The notes beneath the pieces were generated by a model, which had not been told where the DNA came from, made no database searches, and saw only the letters and a program-made list of their open reading frames with translations. Position numbers and translations under genes: made by a program. From assembly GCF_009914755.1 (NCBI RefSeq), contig NC_060936.1: a stretch of DNA of 64,000 bases; one strand, written 5' to 3'. Positions 1 through 13,452 of this stretch are shown here, one piece after another. This DNA is from the human T2T-CHM13v2.0 reference genome, Homo sapiens. The stretch's first letter is position 1; every line of letters starts with the position of its first letter.

Positions 1-213
1 AGCGTTCCTCCCGCCTCAGCATCCTGAAAAGCTGGAACTACTGGCATGCACCACCAAGCCCAGCTAATTTTTATCTTTTTTATTTTTATTTTTTTTAAGA
101 GATGGGGTCTCACTATATTGCCCAGACTGATCCTGAACTCCTGGGCTCAAGTGATCCTTCTGCCTCGGCCTCCCAAAGTACTGGGATGACAGGGAAGAGC
201 TGCCACACTGGCC
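1..213 (-). mobile_element. Alu (J-like), cut by the window edge
   Basis: Alu consensus motifs, diverged. Confidence 0.9.
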
Positions 214-381
214 CTATTTTTTAAAATCAAAATTAATAAGAACTACACACTTTTAAAATACATTTTTAAAACCCTAAAGGCTTGGAAAAAAGACATGATT
301 TTAAAAAGAGCCCAATTACTGTATGAGGTTCAGTGTTGGAACCCTTGGGAGAACGCACCAAGCACTCCTAAAATCCTTCTA

Positions 382-621
<240 letters not shown>

Positions 622-2350
622 CTAAAAGAGGAAAGGAATCCAGTTACACGCCAAGCACATTCATTTCAAATAAGAAATTGCTTCTAGGGCTATGGATTTC
701 TGAACCCACGTGACACTGGCAATCAACGTGCCGCTCATGAGTTTGCCCACCTGACCGTGAGAGCCATGTCCAAGCTCCTATGCCCAGCCACTTAACTCTA
801 AACACGAGCAGTGGAAGAAAAAGACTCAGTTTCTCTCTAACTCAGGACACATCTAAAAAATATGGCAAAAGCAATCAAAAGTAATCACTGCATGAAACGG
901 ATGACTTCGAATGAGATCAAATTGACGGAAATAATATAATGTGGAAAGAAAATGCAAATTAAGAATAGACTGGTATCACCATCCACTAATTAAGCTAAAA
1001 ATGCCCATGACACTATCACTAGGACCTTATTATTGGAGATGGCCATAGTCTTAGAAAGCAAAATGAAGTTCTTATCAAGGAAGACTGACAGGGAAAGACG
1101 CCAGGAGTTATTTCGATAATATCACAAGCAATAAATTTAATTTCATACAACAAAGGAAAAAAACTTCAGGGAAACTCAGAAAAACCCTGAAAATACAATA
1201 CACTGTACTATGGCATGACTTTAATGGATTTTACTATACAGTTGGCTATCAGACAATGGGAAGCCATGTATATGAAATTGTTATTTTATTGAGAGAGATT
1301 TAATCGGGGTTTGCTAAATTACTCTCCTGCTCAGTAGCAGAATGACTTCAATTTCAGAACATTTAGCTTTCCTATTCTCTTTGCTGAGATTTAGTATTAT
1401 GGCTTGCAGAGAGCTTTTATGTATAATACCTTGGAAGTTTAAGGGCAATTTTCTAATAATAGTTGGACTGAGGCACACAGGCAGTAAATTAAATTTTACG
1501 TAACAAAAAGAAGGAAATTAAAAGGAAATGCCGTTAAGCCTACAGTTATTAATTGTTTCCAATTTTCAAACCTAGAGTCGATTTCGTTTATGAAATGTTG
1601 CCATTGCTTTCATGACTAATTCCCTATTTTAACCCTCTTTGATTATCAATTTAAAAAAAAATCTTCCCAGGCACATGAAATTAAAGAACATCAATTAAGT
1701 ACACTTGTCCACAAATGTACTCAGAGGAGATACAACTTTTCATTTTGTTAACTGAGCTGATAACCTTTTAGTGTATGGTCTAATGGTCTAGTAATTTGCT
1801 TTTTAATGTCAAAAGCCACATTAATTCCTATGTACGATTTTGAAGTACACTGTCAGCTACAAGAGGGGGAATAAAAGTTATCTGGTCAGGTTCTTAGCTC
1901 AGATACATTCTTTATCAAGGAAGACAAATAAGGAAAATCTGTACGTTTGCCATTCCTAACAGACACTTATGACTTGCAGGGTCCCTGCCTTTCCCTTTCT
2001 GTGGCATGTTAAATCTCCTAAAACCAGAAACAATGAATAAACAATGCCCACTAGTTCAACTGGTCTCCTTCCTGTACGTAGTAAACCCATTCCTTAAGAT
2101 GTTTTTCATAATGTCTCCATTTAACTACTAATTCCTCCCCCTACCTCTTTCCCAAAGAAAAATAAGACAGGCAAGCTGGCTTGGAAGATATAAAATGGAT
2201 TCTGGAACCCCCAATAAGCCATCTGACCTTTGCTGGGTTGGTTTCTTCATCTGTGACATGGGAGTGAACACTATATTTACTCATCTGCTTTTACCTTTTT
2301 AATTATTTTAATTTTCTTGCATGTTATTTGACCTTAATGCATCATGTAAA

Positions 2351-2638
<288 letters not shown>

Positions 2639-3317
2639 CTACTCACATGAAAATACATCATTGCCAAAATAATTTACTTGCCATTCAAGGATGTACTTAA
2701 GACTTTGGGTACCTGCTTTCTTTGATTCACGAAAAAAATGCAATTTATCATTTGTGATGGTAGCCCATTTCTGCCACCTCTTCTTTTTCTCCCAAAGTTA
2801 TATTATAAAATGCTAAAGAAGAAACACTTGAAAAAGGGCAATTTTGTATCACTCAATTGAGATGGGCCCATTGGAATAAGAAGGGTCTTTCTATTTCCCT
2901 GTTGTCATCCAGTTTTCAAGGGTTCTCACGCCTCTAATTATATTTCCGGTTTGTGATTGCTGGTTCTATATTTGGTCATCATCTCTATTTTGCCCATTTG
3001 ACAAGAGAAGTGTTACATGTTTTTGTAAAGTACCCATGCCGAGATTGAAGGCATTTTAATTGATTTGGACTTTTTATACACATATTCTATCTACCCAAGC
3101 CATAACACATTTAGCTTGTGACCTTGTTTCAAGTTGCTGGAGTCATGATATTAAACGTTGGACACACCCACACACACACACATACGTTACTGAGTTTACA
3201 GATATTAAACTGACTTATGACATAGGCAGTAAATTAATGGTCTTTGTGGATTTTTTAAAAAAGGCATAACAACAGGCAATGTTCACTACTGTCCTTTGAA
3301 GTAGGTATTATTTTATT

Positions 3318-3455
3318 TCTATTTTATAGATGGGGAAACTGGGGAAACAGAGATGCTAGGTAACTTGCCCAAGGTCACTGCTAGTAAATAACAAAGCCAG
3401 AATTTGAACCCAACACTAAAACTCAAGAATCTACATTCTTGCCCCCTGAACCATA
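3318..3455. mobile_element. MIR
   Basis: ATTTTATAGATGGGGAAACTG...AACTTGCCCAAGGTCAC core. Confidence 0.8.
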
Positions 3456-3860
3456 CTGCCTGTCTAAAATAGGGATAGAAGTGTTTATTCACTTTTTTAT
3501 TCAGATCTTTGAAAACTGAAATGATGGAGGTAAGATATATTGACCATTCAGGACAACCCCTCTTGATTTTGATCCAGGGAATGTGCAAGGAAAATTGTTA
3601 GGTCTACTTTCTGGTCCTGGGTATATTCTCTACCCACCAAGGACAAATGATTTGTTTACTATGAGTCTGTTAACCTTTTAACCCCAAAGATAGAGAGTAA
3701 AAAAGAGAAACTGAAAGGCTGATTCCATCTTAGCAGCAAAAAAAGATGAGCAAAATATCTTCACAACGCAGGCGCCAGCAGAGCTTTCTTATATGCTGTT
3801 TTTACAGATGAGAGGTCTTGGTACAGTTCTAAGACAGAAGATATTAAAAAAAAAGATCTA

Positions 3861-4160
<300 letters not shown>

Positions 4161-5574
4161 GATCTACTCTCAGTGTCAAAAAGAAAAAAAAACAGCTCTG
4201 TTTGGGCTTATCTGTTGTTTTTCAGTGCTATCATGGTTCTGAGAAGAAGATGTGAACCTCTCACACCTAACTGGAAGACCAGGAGAGGAAAATTACCAGG
4301 TAAAAGTCCAATGGCATGTTAGGGGTGAAGAAACCAGTCAGATAATGAGCATCAGGCTAAACAGACACAGGACTGAAATCCTATTTTAATGCCTGGTTCT
4401 CTTCTGAAGGCAGCTATTTGCATATTATTTATTTTTAATCTTATAGCTGACAGATTGATTCATAATTAAAACTGTGTCATATGTTTGCCCACCAACTCCC
4501 CTCTAAAACAGACTTAGGTAGGGTTTTAGGTGCCAGATTGAATCAAATCCTTTTTAAATGTCTTCAAAATATAGAAATGGTCTGAGCTTGAAAATCTTAC
4601 TGTGCATGAGCTTTTTGAAAGCTGAAGAGAGCTCCTATCAATTGAGTTATTATGGGAGTTGTGGGAACTCCCATAATAACTCATTTTTAAATGACAAAGA
4701 TGACATTTCCTAGCGGAGACAATCTTGGGCAATGCCAAGAAAGAAAGGAACCTCCAACACACTCCTCTGAAGTGTCTTTAAAGCGGTCTTGAACTTGCAA
4801 AAGTATAATTGAGACCTACTATTGTGGCCAAATGTTGTTCTAAAGTAGTGGTATTCAAACTTTTTAAAGTAGCAGCAGAGCCATTTTCCAAACAAAAGAT
4901 TATATTATAAGCCCAGGAGAATAAAATAATAGTAGTAACCAATGTTGTTTAGTACTTTCTATGGATCAGGCCCTGTGCAAGCAGTTTGCACGTATCTCAT
5001 TTAATTCTCGCAGCAACCTTATGAGGGAGGTACTACTACCAAATCCCATGACTCAGTGTTCCATAAGTTGTATTGTTTCTGAAATGTGGATACGTGGTAT
5101 ACTGGAACCAGCAGCTCTCTCTCTTCCCTCACCCAGCCCCCAAAGAGCAGTTATTAAATAAATTATGCATCCTACAATCAATGAGCGTACTGATTGGAAC
5201 TGAGGGTATACAATGTTATCTCCATTTTACAGACAAAGAAACAGAGGCTTAGTAGGATAATACACGTAGGTTACTAAGAGGCCAATTTATAATCTGAACT
5301 CTATCTGATTCCAGAGCCCATGACTTAGACTACTAAGTTACCCAGCTCCTCTGGCTGAAATGTGGGTGAAGGGCATCTCTCTCAGGTTCACACACACACA
5401 CTTGGGAAGGCCCCCATAGGCTTCGCCACAGAACACAGAGGTAAATGAAGCAAAGATTAGAAGTCACCGTTCCAGAAATGCAAATTTGGAGAGCATTAGA
5501 GTTACATGAGAAAGTAACCAAATGCATTCTACATACTAGTGTATTCCACTAAAACTAAACTTCCAGTTTTTAAA

Positions 5575-6790
5575 ATGGGGGACAAGATGAATTACAAAGG
5601 GGTATAAGGAAACTTTTGAGGGTCATGAATACAATAAATATTTTGTTTTTATCGCTCAAGGATAAAATTTGGATAACCTTATTATCCAAAATAATAACAA
5701 AATTCATTATTTTGATTGTTTTGCTGTTTCACAGTTACACACACATTTTAAAACGCATCAGATTATAGTACACCAATTATACCTCAATAAAACTGTAAAA
5801 AAAAGTTTTTTAGAAAGTTCTTATGCCAAAAGACTGAAAAAGGAAAAAAGAACTCCAGATGAATGGAACAGGATTACTAATGCACACATTTTTTAAAATC
5901 CAAGCTTATATAAGGAAAAAATAGTAATATAAAAAATTCCAGTCATAAAATGATCTACATTTTATTCAGTGATCATTCACGCGCATGTATGTAATATAAG
6001 CAAATAATTCTTGTGTAAAATAAGAAACGAAGACAACAAGAAACTAAAATCCTAGGGCAGAAAACTACCAGAATGTCACCCCCCAACTCCTCAAGGAAGG
6101 GAGGAGGGATGGAGGAAATCCACAGACATTTTAAGGCAGGCCCATCCCGATCCACCACCACATCAGGAAATACAGACCAAAAAACTGGTCTGTCAGTTCC
6201 CTACTAAAGTCAAACAGAGGCAAATCTCATGACCTAGTAATTCTTGGGGATATGTTCACCAGACGTAAGTGCTCACAGCCACCAAAGGCCTTGTGTAACG
6301 GGGTTTCCTAACAGCTTGATCCATTATGGAAACAATCCAAATGTCTACCAACAAGGAGAATGGATAAACAAACTATAGTTCTATTCATACACCAGAAACA
6401 CCACACAGTGATAAAAAAAAAAAAGAACAAATTATTGATAGGTACAGCAACATGGAGGAACCTCACAAAACATTTAAGCGAAAAAAAAAGCTAAGCCCCA
6501 GAGAGCACATCCTCTGTGATTCCATTTATATGACATTCAAGAACAGGTAAGACTAAACTATGGTTATCAGAGGTCAGCATAGTGGTTACCCTTTGGGTGA
6601 AGGATGATGATGGGAAGGGGACATGAGGGAGCCTTCAGGGACTAAGAAAGTTCTGTATCTTGATCTACATTGGGGTTACCCAGTTGTCTATCTGTGTAAA
6701 AATTTTATTGAGCTGTATACTTAAAATTACTACATTATTATGTGCTTTACTAGATACATTTTATATCTAAATTAAGAAAAAAATACCATT
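5575..6790 (+). mobile_element. Old L1 (L1M) 3' fragments
   Basis: GAATGGATAAACAAACT, GATTCCATTTATATGA and ATTATACCTCAATAAA motifs; boundaries approximate. Confidence 0.7.
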
Positions 6791-7632
6791 AGGACTTAAT
6801 ATTTCATTTACAGTAGCTAAAGAGGAAAGAAAGGGCTCATAACAAGAAAATAAAATATGTACGTGTGTGGAGGCTGGGAGGTGTCTCTGGAAATTCACAA
6901 ATGCAAATAATACAAACAAGGACAAGATCACTGAGGACTAAGAAGGTAATAAAGTGACAAAAAGGCCAAAGAAAAGAGAGGGCACATGAATAAGGAGAAC
7001 ATCCCCATCTTCTGAAAGGGGCCTATTTCAGTTCTTCACTCTCATCAAAAATAGACTGAATTCCCACTGACCCTACTCTATTATATAACCTATGGAAGAT
7101 GCTTATCCACTCATAGAATTTACTTCTCTCAATATAAATAACATCTCCCAAAGAGTCCTAGATTTTGAATTTGCATGTTGGGAAGCCAAATTTTGCCTGG
7201 TAGAAAGTTACAATTTCTAGGTCTCCAGGAGAGCTCACTGGTCTTTCCTCCGCAGGGGCAGCAATCTGGACAAGTCTCACAGATACAACTGCCCTGGTGA
7301 CAGGGGAGTCTCTGACCTGGGCTAGCCATGGAACCTTCTACATTGGGACAGGAGGTGGAACTGCCTTGGGATTTTTGTTGCGGCTGCTGAAACCTATTAG
7401 TTGTTCCACTAATAGAATTATTTTGACCCTTCCAACTATCCTCTTCCCCAAAACATGAAGAATGGTTTCAGTTTTTGAAAACTGGAAGAACCCCCAAAAA
7501 CAGGTTATCTAGGGCTCAAAAACTCCAAATAAGGTTGATTGCATTATCTTCTTCAAGCTGCAAGTTCGTATCAAAACTCAGTCACCAATATTTTAAAGAG
7601 ACGTCCCCTTTTCCTCCTCTGTTTTAGTTTCA

Positions 7633-7722
<90 letters not shown>

Positions 7723-8123
7723 CTAAAAGGTAAGAAGTTGATTATAAATTTTTCATAGGGTAGAATACAATTCTACATGCTACGGGTCAAATATAGAGAA
7801 TAGCAATTTGCCTGGAAAGCCGAGAATGCGGCACCAGCATCTGTTTTTCTAAGAACTAATTAATCAAATCATCCCCAACACCAGAAATAAGTTACAGGAA
7901 TACACAATGCTGTGTTAATAACAATTAATTCTTTAGACCATACATGCACACCCTGTACAAATATTTTTAACATTTATATTAACACCTACAGGCTATTAGG
8001 AGAAAAGGGAAAAAAAGCAATAAAGGATGAAGTTTTACTCTCCTTCATTTGTCCTATTCCCATTCTGAAAAGATGAGTATTTTCCCTCTTCCCTCCAACT
8101 GACTCCTCCCCAGCCTACTCCCT

Positions 8124-8124
<1 letters not shown>

Positions 8125-8160
<36 letters not shown>

Positions 8161-8178
8161 ACAGAAACGCACACACAG
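8125..8178 (+). repeat. (AC)n microsatellite, about 15 perfect units plus imperfect tail
   Basis: Read directly. Confidence 0.95.
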
Positions 8179-8319
8179 GACAATAGCCAAGACAAAGGGA
8201 CTTTGTGTGTGTGTTGTTTTTTCATTAAAAGCTGCGGACATTCAGAAAACTCTACATCGGCCTTGAAATAAATATATATAGGCTTTCTCCAGGAAAAAGC
8301 TGCCTTAAACCAGCAGCAT

Positions 8320-9640
8320 TTTTTCAGTTGACAAGGACTTTTTTAGTGCATACTATATGCTTGACACTGTGGAAGGATATAGGCATCCATGACCCATGCC
8401 TTCATTCTGGTGACGGAAGATCGGAAATGAATAAGTGCGTGATTAGAGATTGGGACAAATGTTATAAAGAAAACAAATAGGGACCAGTTTAAAAAAAAAA
8501 AAGGAATAAGAAAGGTAGGTAGAAACTTACTTAGATGGGATGGTCAAGGAGGGCTTCTCTGAGGAGGTGGCATGTAAGCTGAAACCTATAGGATGATGAG
8601 GAGCCAGCCATGCAATGGACAGGAGACGGCAGAGGGAGCAGCATTTGCAAAGACCCTGAGGCAGGAAAGGGTCTGGTGCATTTGATGAACAACAACAACC
8701 AAAAAAACTGAGTGGCTAGAGCAGAGTTTTTCAAACTGCAAGCTGTGACCCAATAGCAAGCATGACAAGTGGGGTTTTTTGTTTTGTTGTATCCAGTGAA
8801 GTAGAATAAAAAAGATAGAATTGAAAACATCAGAATGTGCCTTGAGGAGTAAACATGAGGTCTGTTATAGGAAACTTCTGCTTTAGATACTATAACTAAT
8901 CAAATTTAAGGTACTTTCCATGGTAAAACCTAATTTTATGTAACATTAAGAAAGAAAAAGTGCTGTTAAACTATGACATGTTTATGTCTGTATATGACTG
9001 TAATATGCACCTTGATTTCAGATGCCTTAGAAACAGTGAAATACAGTATATATACTCCCTTCTATTGGATTGCAAGTAAAATGTATTCTGTGGGTTGTGG
9101 TCAACTTTTGAAAAAGCACAGCAAAGAAGAAAAAAAAGTAGCCCAAGATGATGACAGGGACCAAGGCAGAGACCAAGAATCTTGAAGGTCCAGTAAAGAA
9201 TTTAGGTTTCATTCAAAATTCAATTAATTGAAAACCAATGGAAAATTTTAAGAAAGAAAGTGACGGATTTTACTGTTGTTTTAAGATCACGGTAGATGTT
9301 ACAGGGAGAAGAGGATCAAAATAGAACAAAGGTAGAACGTAGCAGGGAAACCAATGAAGGTATTGTTACTGTCATTCAAGCGAGAGATGATAGTGGCTTG
9401 GAGAAGGATGGTGGCAAAAACAAACAAACAAACAAACCAAACAGAGAAAGTGGATGAAACTGAGATCTCCTTTGAAAACATAAGGAAAAGGACTTACTGA
9501 TAGATGTGTGGCCAAGAGGAAAGAGGAGTCAAAGATGCCCTAACAGACTTTTCACTTGATAGACAAAGTGGATATGGTCCCATCTGCTTATGTATGAAAA
9601 CCCAAATAAGAACCCAGAACCCAGTTTAGGGCAGATGTAA
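8320..9640 (-). mobile_element. L2 fragments interrupted by a hAT-like MER (about 8720-9010)
   Basis: TCAAGGAGGGCTTCTCTGAGGAGGTG and CAAAGACCCTGAGGCAGGAAAG L2 motifs; boundaries approximate. Confidence 0.7.
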
Positions 9641-9700
9641 GAGTGATCCTTCTATTTAATTATAAAAAAAAAAAAAGTCTCCATAAGAAGGTCTATAGGA

Positions 9701-9995
9701 GGCCAGGCGCAGTGGCTCATGCCTGTAATCCCAGCACTTTGGGAAGCCGAGGCGGGCAGATCATGAGGTGAGGAGATTAAGACCATCCTGGCTAACAGGA
9801 TGGTCTCTACTAAAAAATACAAAAAATTAGCTGGGTGTGGTGGCAGGTGCCTGTAGTCACAGCTACTCTGGAGGCTGAGGCAGGAGAATGGTGTGAACCG
9901 GAAGGCAGAGCTTGCAGTGAGCTGAGATCACGCCACCACACTCCAGCCTGGGCAACAGGGCGAGACTCCGCCTCAAAAAAAAAAAAAAAAAAAAA
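9701..9995 (+). mobile_element. AluY/Sc-like
   Basis: Full length; degenerate TSD AAGGTCTATA/AAAGTCTATA. Confidence 0.92.
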
Positions 9996-10059
9996 GTCTA
10001 TAAGATAACTGAGTCAAAAATTTTAGAGCTGTGATGTTTTTTCTAATATGTCTATTTTT

Positions 10060-10632
10060 CCATAAATACTATTGTCAGTTTATAATGGCAGATTAGATAC
10101 TTTAGAAGAAAAGATTAGTGAACTTGAAGACAAGTAGAAACAAAGAAGTAGAAGACAAGAAGTAGAAACCAAAATGAAACACAATGAGAAAAGAAAAAGG
10201 CATTTTCAAAAAATGCAGAGCATCAGGGAGTTGTGGACAACTTCAAGTAGCCTAACATACATGCAATTAGAGACCCAGAAGGAGTACAGGAGACAGAAAA
10301 AATATTTCAAGAAATAATGGCCACAAATTTTCCAAAGTTGATGAAAGCCATAAACCCACAGATGCAAAATATTCAACAAGTAAGTACCAAGCATAAGAAA
10401 TGTGAAGAAAATTAACCTAAAGCACACTATAATGAAACTGTTTAAGTCCAATAATAAAAAGAAAATCTTAAAAAAAAAAAAAACAGCCAGAGAAAAATAC
10501 ATGTTACATTAAGAGAAACAAAAATGAGAAAGACAGATTTCTCACCAAGATGGGGAGAAGGAGTGGGCATGAAAAGCTAGAACACAGTAAAGCAATATCT
10601 TCAAAGTGCTGAAATAAAAAACAGAAGAAACA

Positions 10633-10672
<40 letters not shown>

Positions 10673-11100
10673 ACCTGTCCACATAGAATTCTATACCCAG
10701 CAAAAATACCTCTTAAAAAATGAAGGTAATATAAAAACTTTTTCAAACATACAAAAGTTGAAGGAATTTGACACCAGCAAACCTGTGCTATAAGAAATGT
10801 TAAAGAAAGTCCTTCCGACAGATGGAAAATGGCAACCAGAAATTTGGATCTACACAAATGAATGAAGAGCCCTGGAGAGATGGTAAAACAAAACAAACCA
10901 AAAATAGATTAGTTGCTGAAAATAGCCAGAAGAGAATTATAACGTTCCCAACACAAAGAAAAGATAAATGTTTGAGGTGATGGATATCCCAATTACCCTG
11001 ATTTGATCATTACACATTGTAGGCATGTATCAAAATGTCACATGTATCTCAAAAATATGTACGACTGTGATATATCAATAAAAAAATACATAAAATACCA
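10060..11100 (+). mobile_element. L1M ORF1-region relic plus L1MA-type 3' end
   Basis: GAAGAAAAGATTAGTGAACTTGAAGAC, GAAATAATGGCCACAAATTTTCCAAA and GATAAATGTTTGAGGTGATGGATATCCC motifs. Confidence 0.8.
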
Positions 11101-11475
11101 AAAAATAGATAGTTGCATAGACAGAATCACAGACAGATTTATAAATAAAAAGTTATTGTTTAGAATTGACTTCCTAAATAACTAGCCTATATTCTATGGA
11201 CTAATTTAACAGATCTTAATTTTTTTTCTAAAAATCTACCTGCTTTTTGCCCAGCAATAATGAGAGATTTATTCCTTTGTTAAGATAAGAATACTGCTTA
11301 CCCAAAGTAAGACTGTGGCTATCTGCACTATGTCAAAATCTCATCTGTGACCAAGCAGCAGCCTAGACCCAAGGACCACACAACCCCCTTTAGTGTCTTC
11401 CATGATCACCAAAAACCAAAGGCAAGGATTCTTCCTAGAGAAAGAATAAGGCCCTTATGTTAACAGACTCTTGGT

Positions 11476-11706
11476 CAGGAATCGGCAAATTTTTTCCTTA
11501 AAATGCCAGATAAGGAAATTTCCTTAAAATTTCCAGAGTATCCAGTCTTGGTTAGAACTACTTAACTCTACCCTTCTAAAGCAAAAGCAGCCACAAACGA
11601 TATGTAAACAAACAGACATGTTTGTTTCTAATGTGTTCTAATAAAACTTTATTTACAGAAAACAGTGACAGACTAAAATTTGGCCTGTAATTTGCCAGTC
11701 TCTGCT
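11476..11706. mobile_element. MER58A-like hAT MITE
   Basis: CAGGAATCGGCAAA...TTTGCCAGTCTCTG termini; internal AATAAAACTTTATTTACA. Confidence 0.75.
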
Positions 11707-12410
11707 CTAAATGACTATTTGGTGTGAAATCTCTCAAAAACAGAAACAGGAAGCTGAGAGTGGAGTTAGCTCCTTCAAAGCATAAGTGGTGACCATAAAA
11801 AAGCTCACTGGCTTATCCACAGGGACAGAAGCCCTATTCCACTTTCTTATTAACAGCAAAGTTTCAAATAACACAGCACCATTAAAAACTCATTTAACTC
11901 TCCCACTGGAGTCTGAAATTTCAGTCATTAATACTGATCCATTTCCATTAAAATTAACCATTATGGGGACTTTGGATCATGTCAAGCAATCCTCTCTGAA
12001 AGTTAACATAATGAACCACAGTCATTATGGCTTTTGATTTATTACTGTTTATGAAATATAAACACAAAATGTAGAACTGACCCTGTTGTGGTTGCTAGAC
12101 CTACTGTAAGCACTTAACTACTGAACTAGTCACAGTAAGAAAATGGTAAGTCATATGCTTTATGTTTTTTGAAATAAGTTATAAAACAAATACACAAAAA
12201 GGCAAAAGCTCATGCAATAGAATATATACATAAAGACAGCAAAACGCATAAGACAAGCTTTGGATGCTCTCAATGAAATGTGTGAGTGTTAATTAGATAT
12301 TAGGTGCTACAGAGAATATCTACACTCTTAAAAATTACTGAGGACCCCAAAGAGCTCTTGTTTATGTAGTATCCACCTACACTTGCAACATTAGAAATTA
12401 AGACTGAGAT

Positions 12411-13027
<617 letters not shown>

Positions 13028-13151
13028 TCAAATATTTATTTTTTATTTCTTTTAAAATAACACTAACATTGCTTTTGCACCATCAGTGCAAATATTAACA
13101 CAGTGAAAAGTGTTAAATGACATCTTAGTATTGTTATGAAAACAGTCTGAC

Positions 13152-13452
13152 AGGCAGGCATAATGGCTCATGTCTGTAATCCCAGCACTTTGAGAGACCA
13201 AGGCAGGCGAATTGCTTGAGCCCAGGAGTTCAAGACCAGCCTGGGAAACACGGTGAAACCTCTTCTTTACAAAAAAATACAAAAGTTAACCAGGTGGGTG
13301 GCGAGCACCTATAGTCCCAGCTACTTGGGAGGCTGAGGTGGGAGTATCACTCTTGAGCCTGGGAGTCAAGGCTGCAGTGTGCTGACATTGCACCACTGCA
13401 CTCCAGCCTGGGTGACAGAGTGAGACCCTGTCTCAAAAAAAAGGAAAAAAAA
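13152..13452 (+). mobile_element. AluJ
   Basis: GCTTGAGCCCAGGAG and GGCTGCAGTG diagnostics. Confidence 0.9.
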
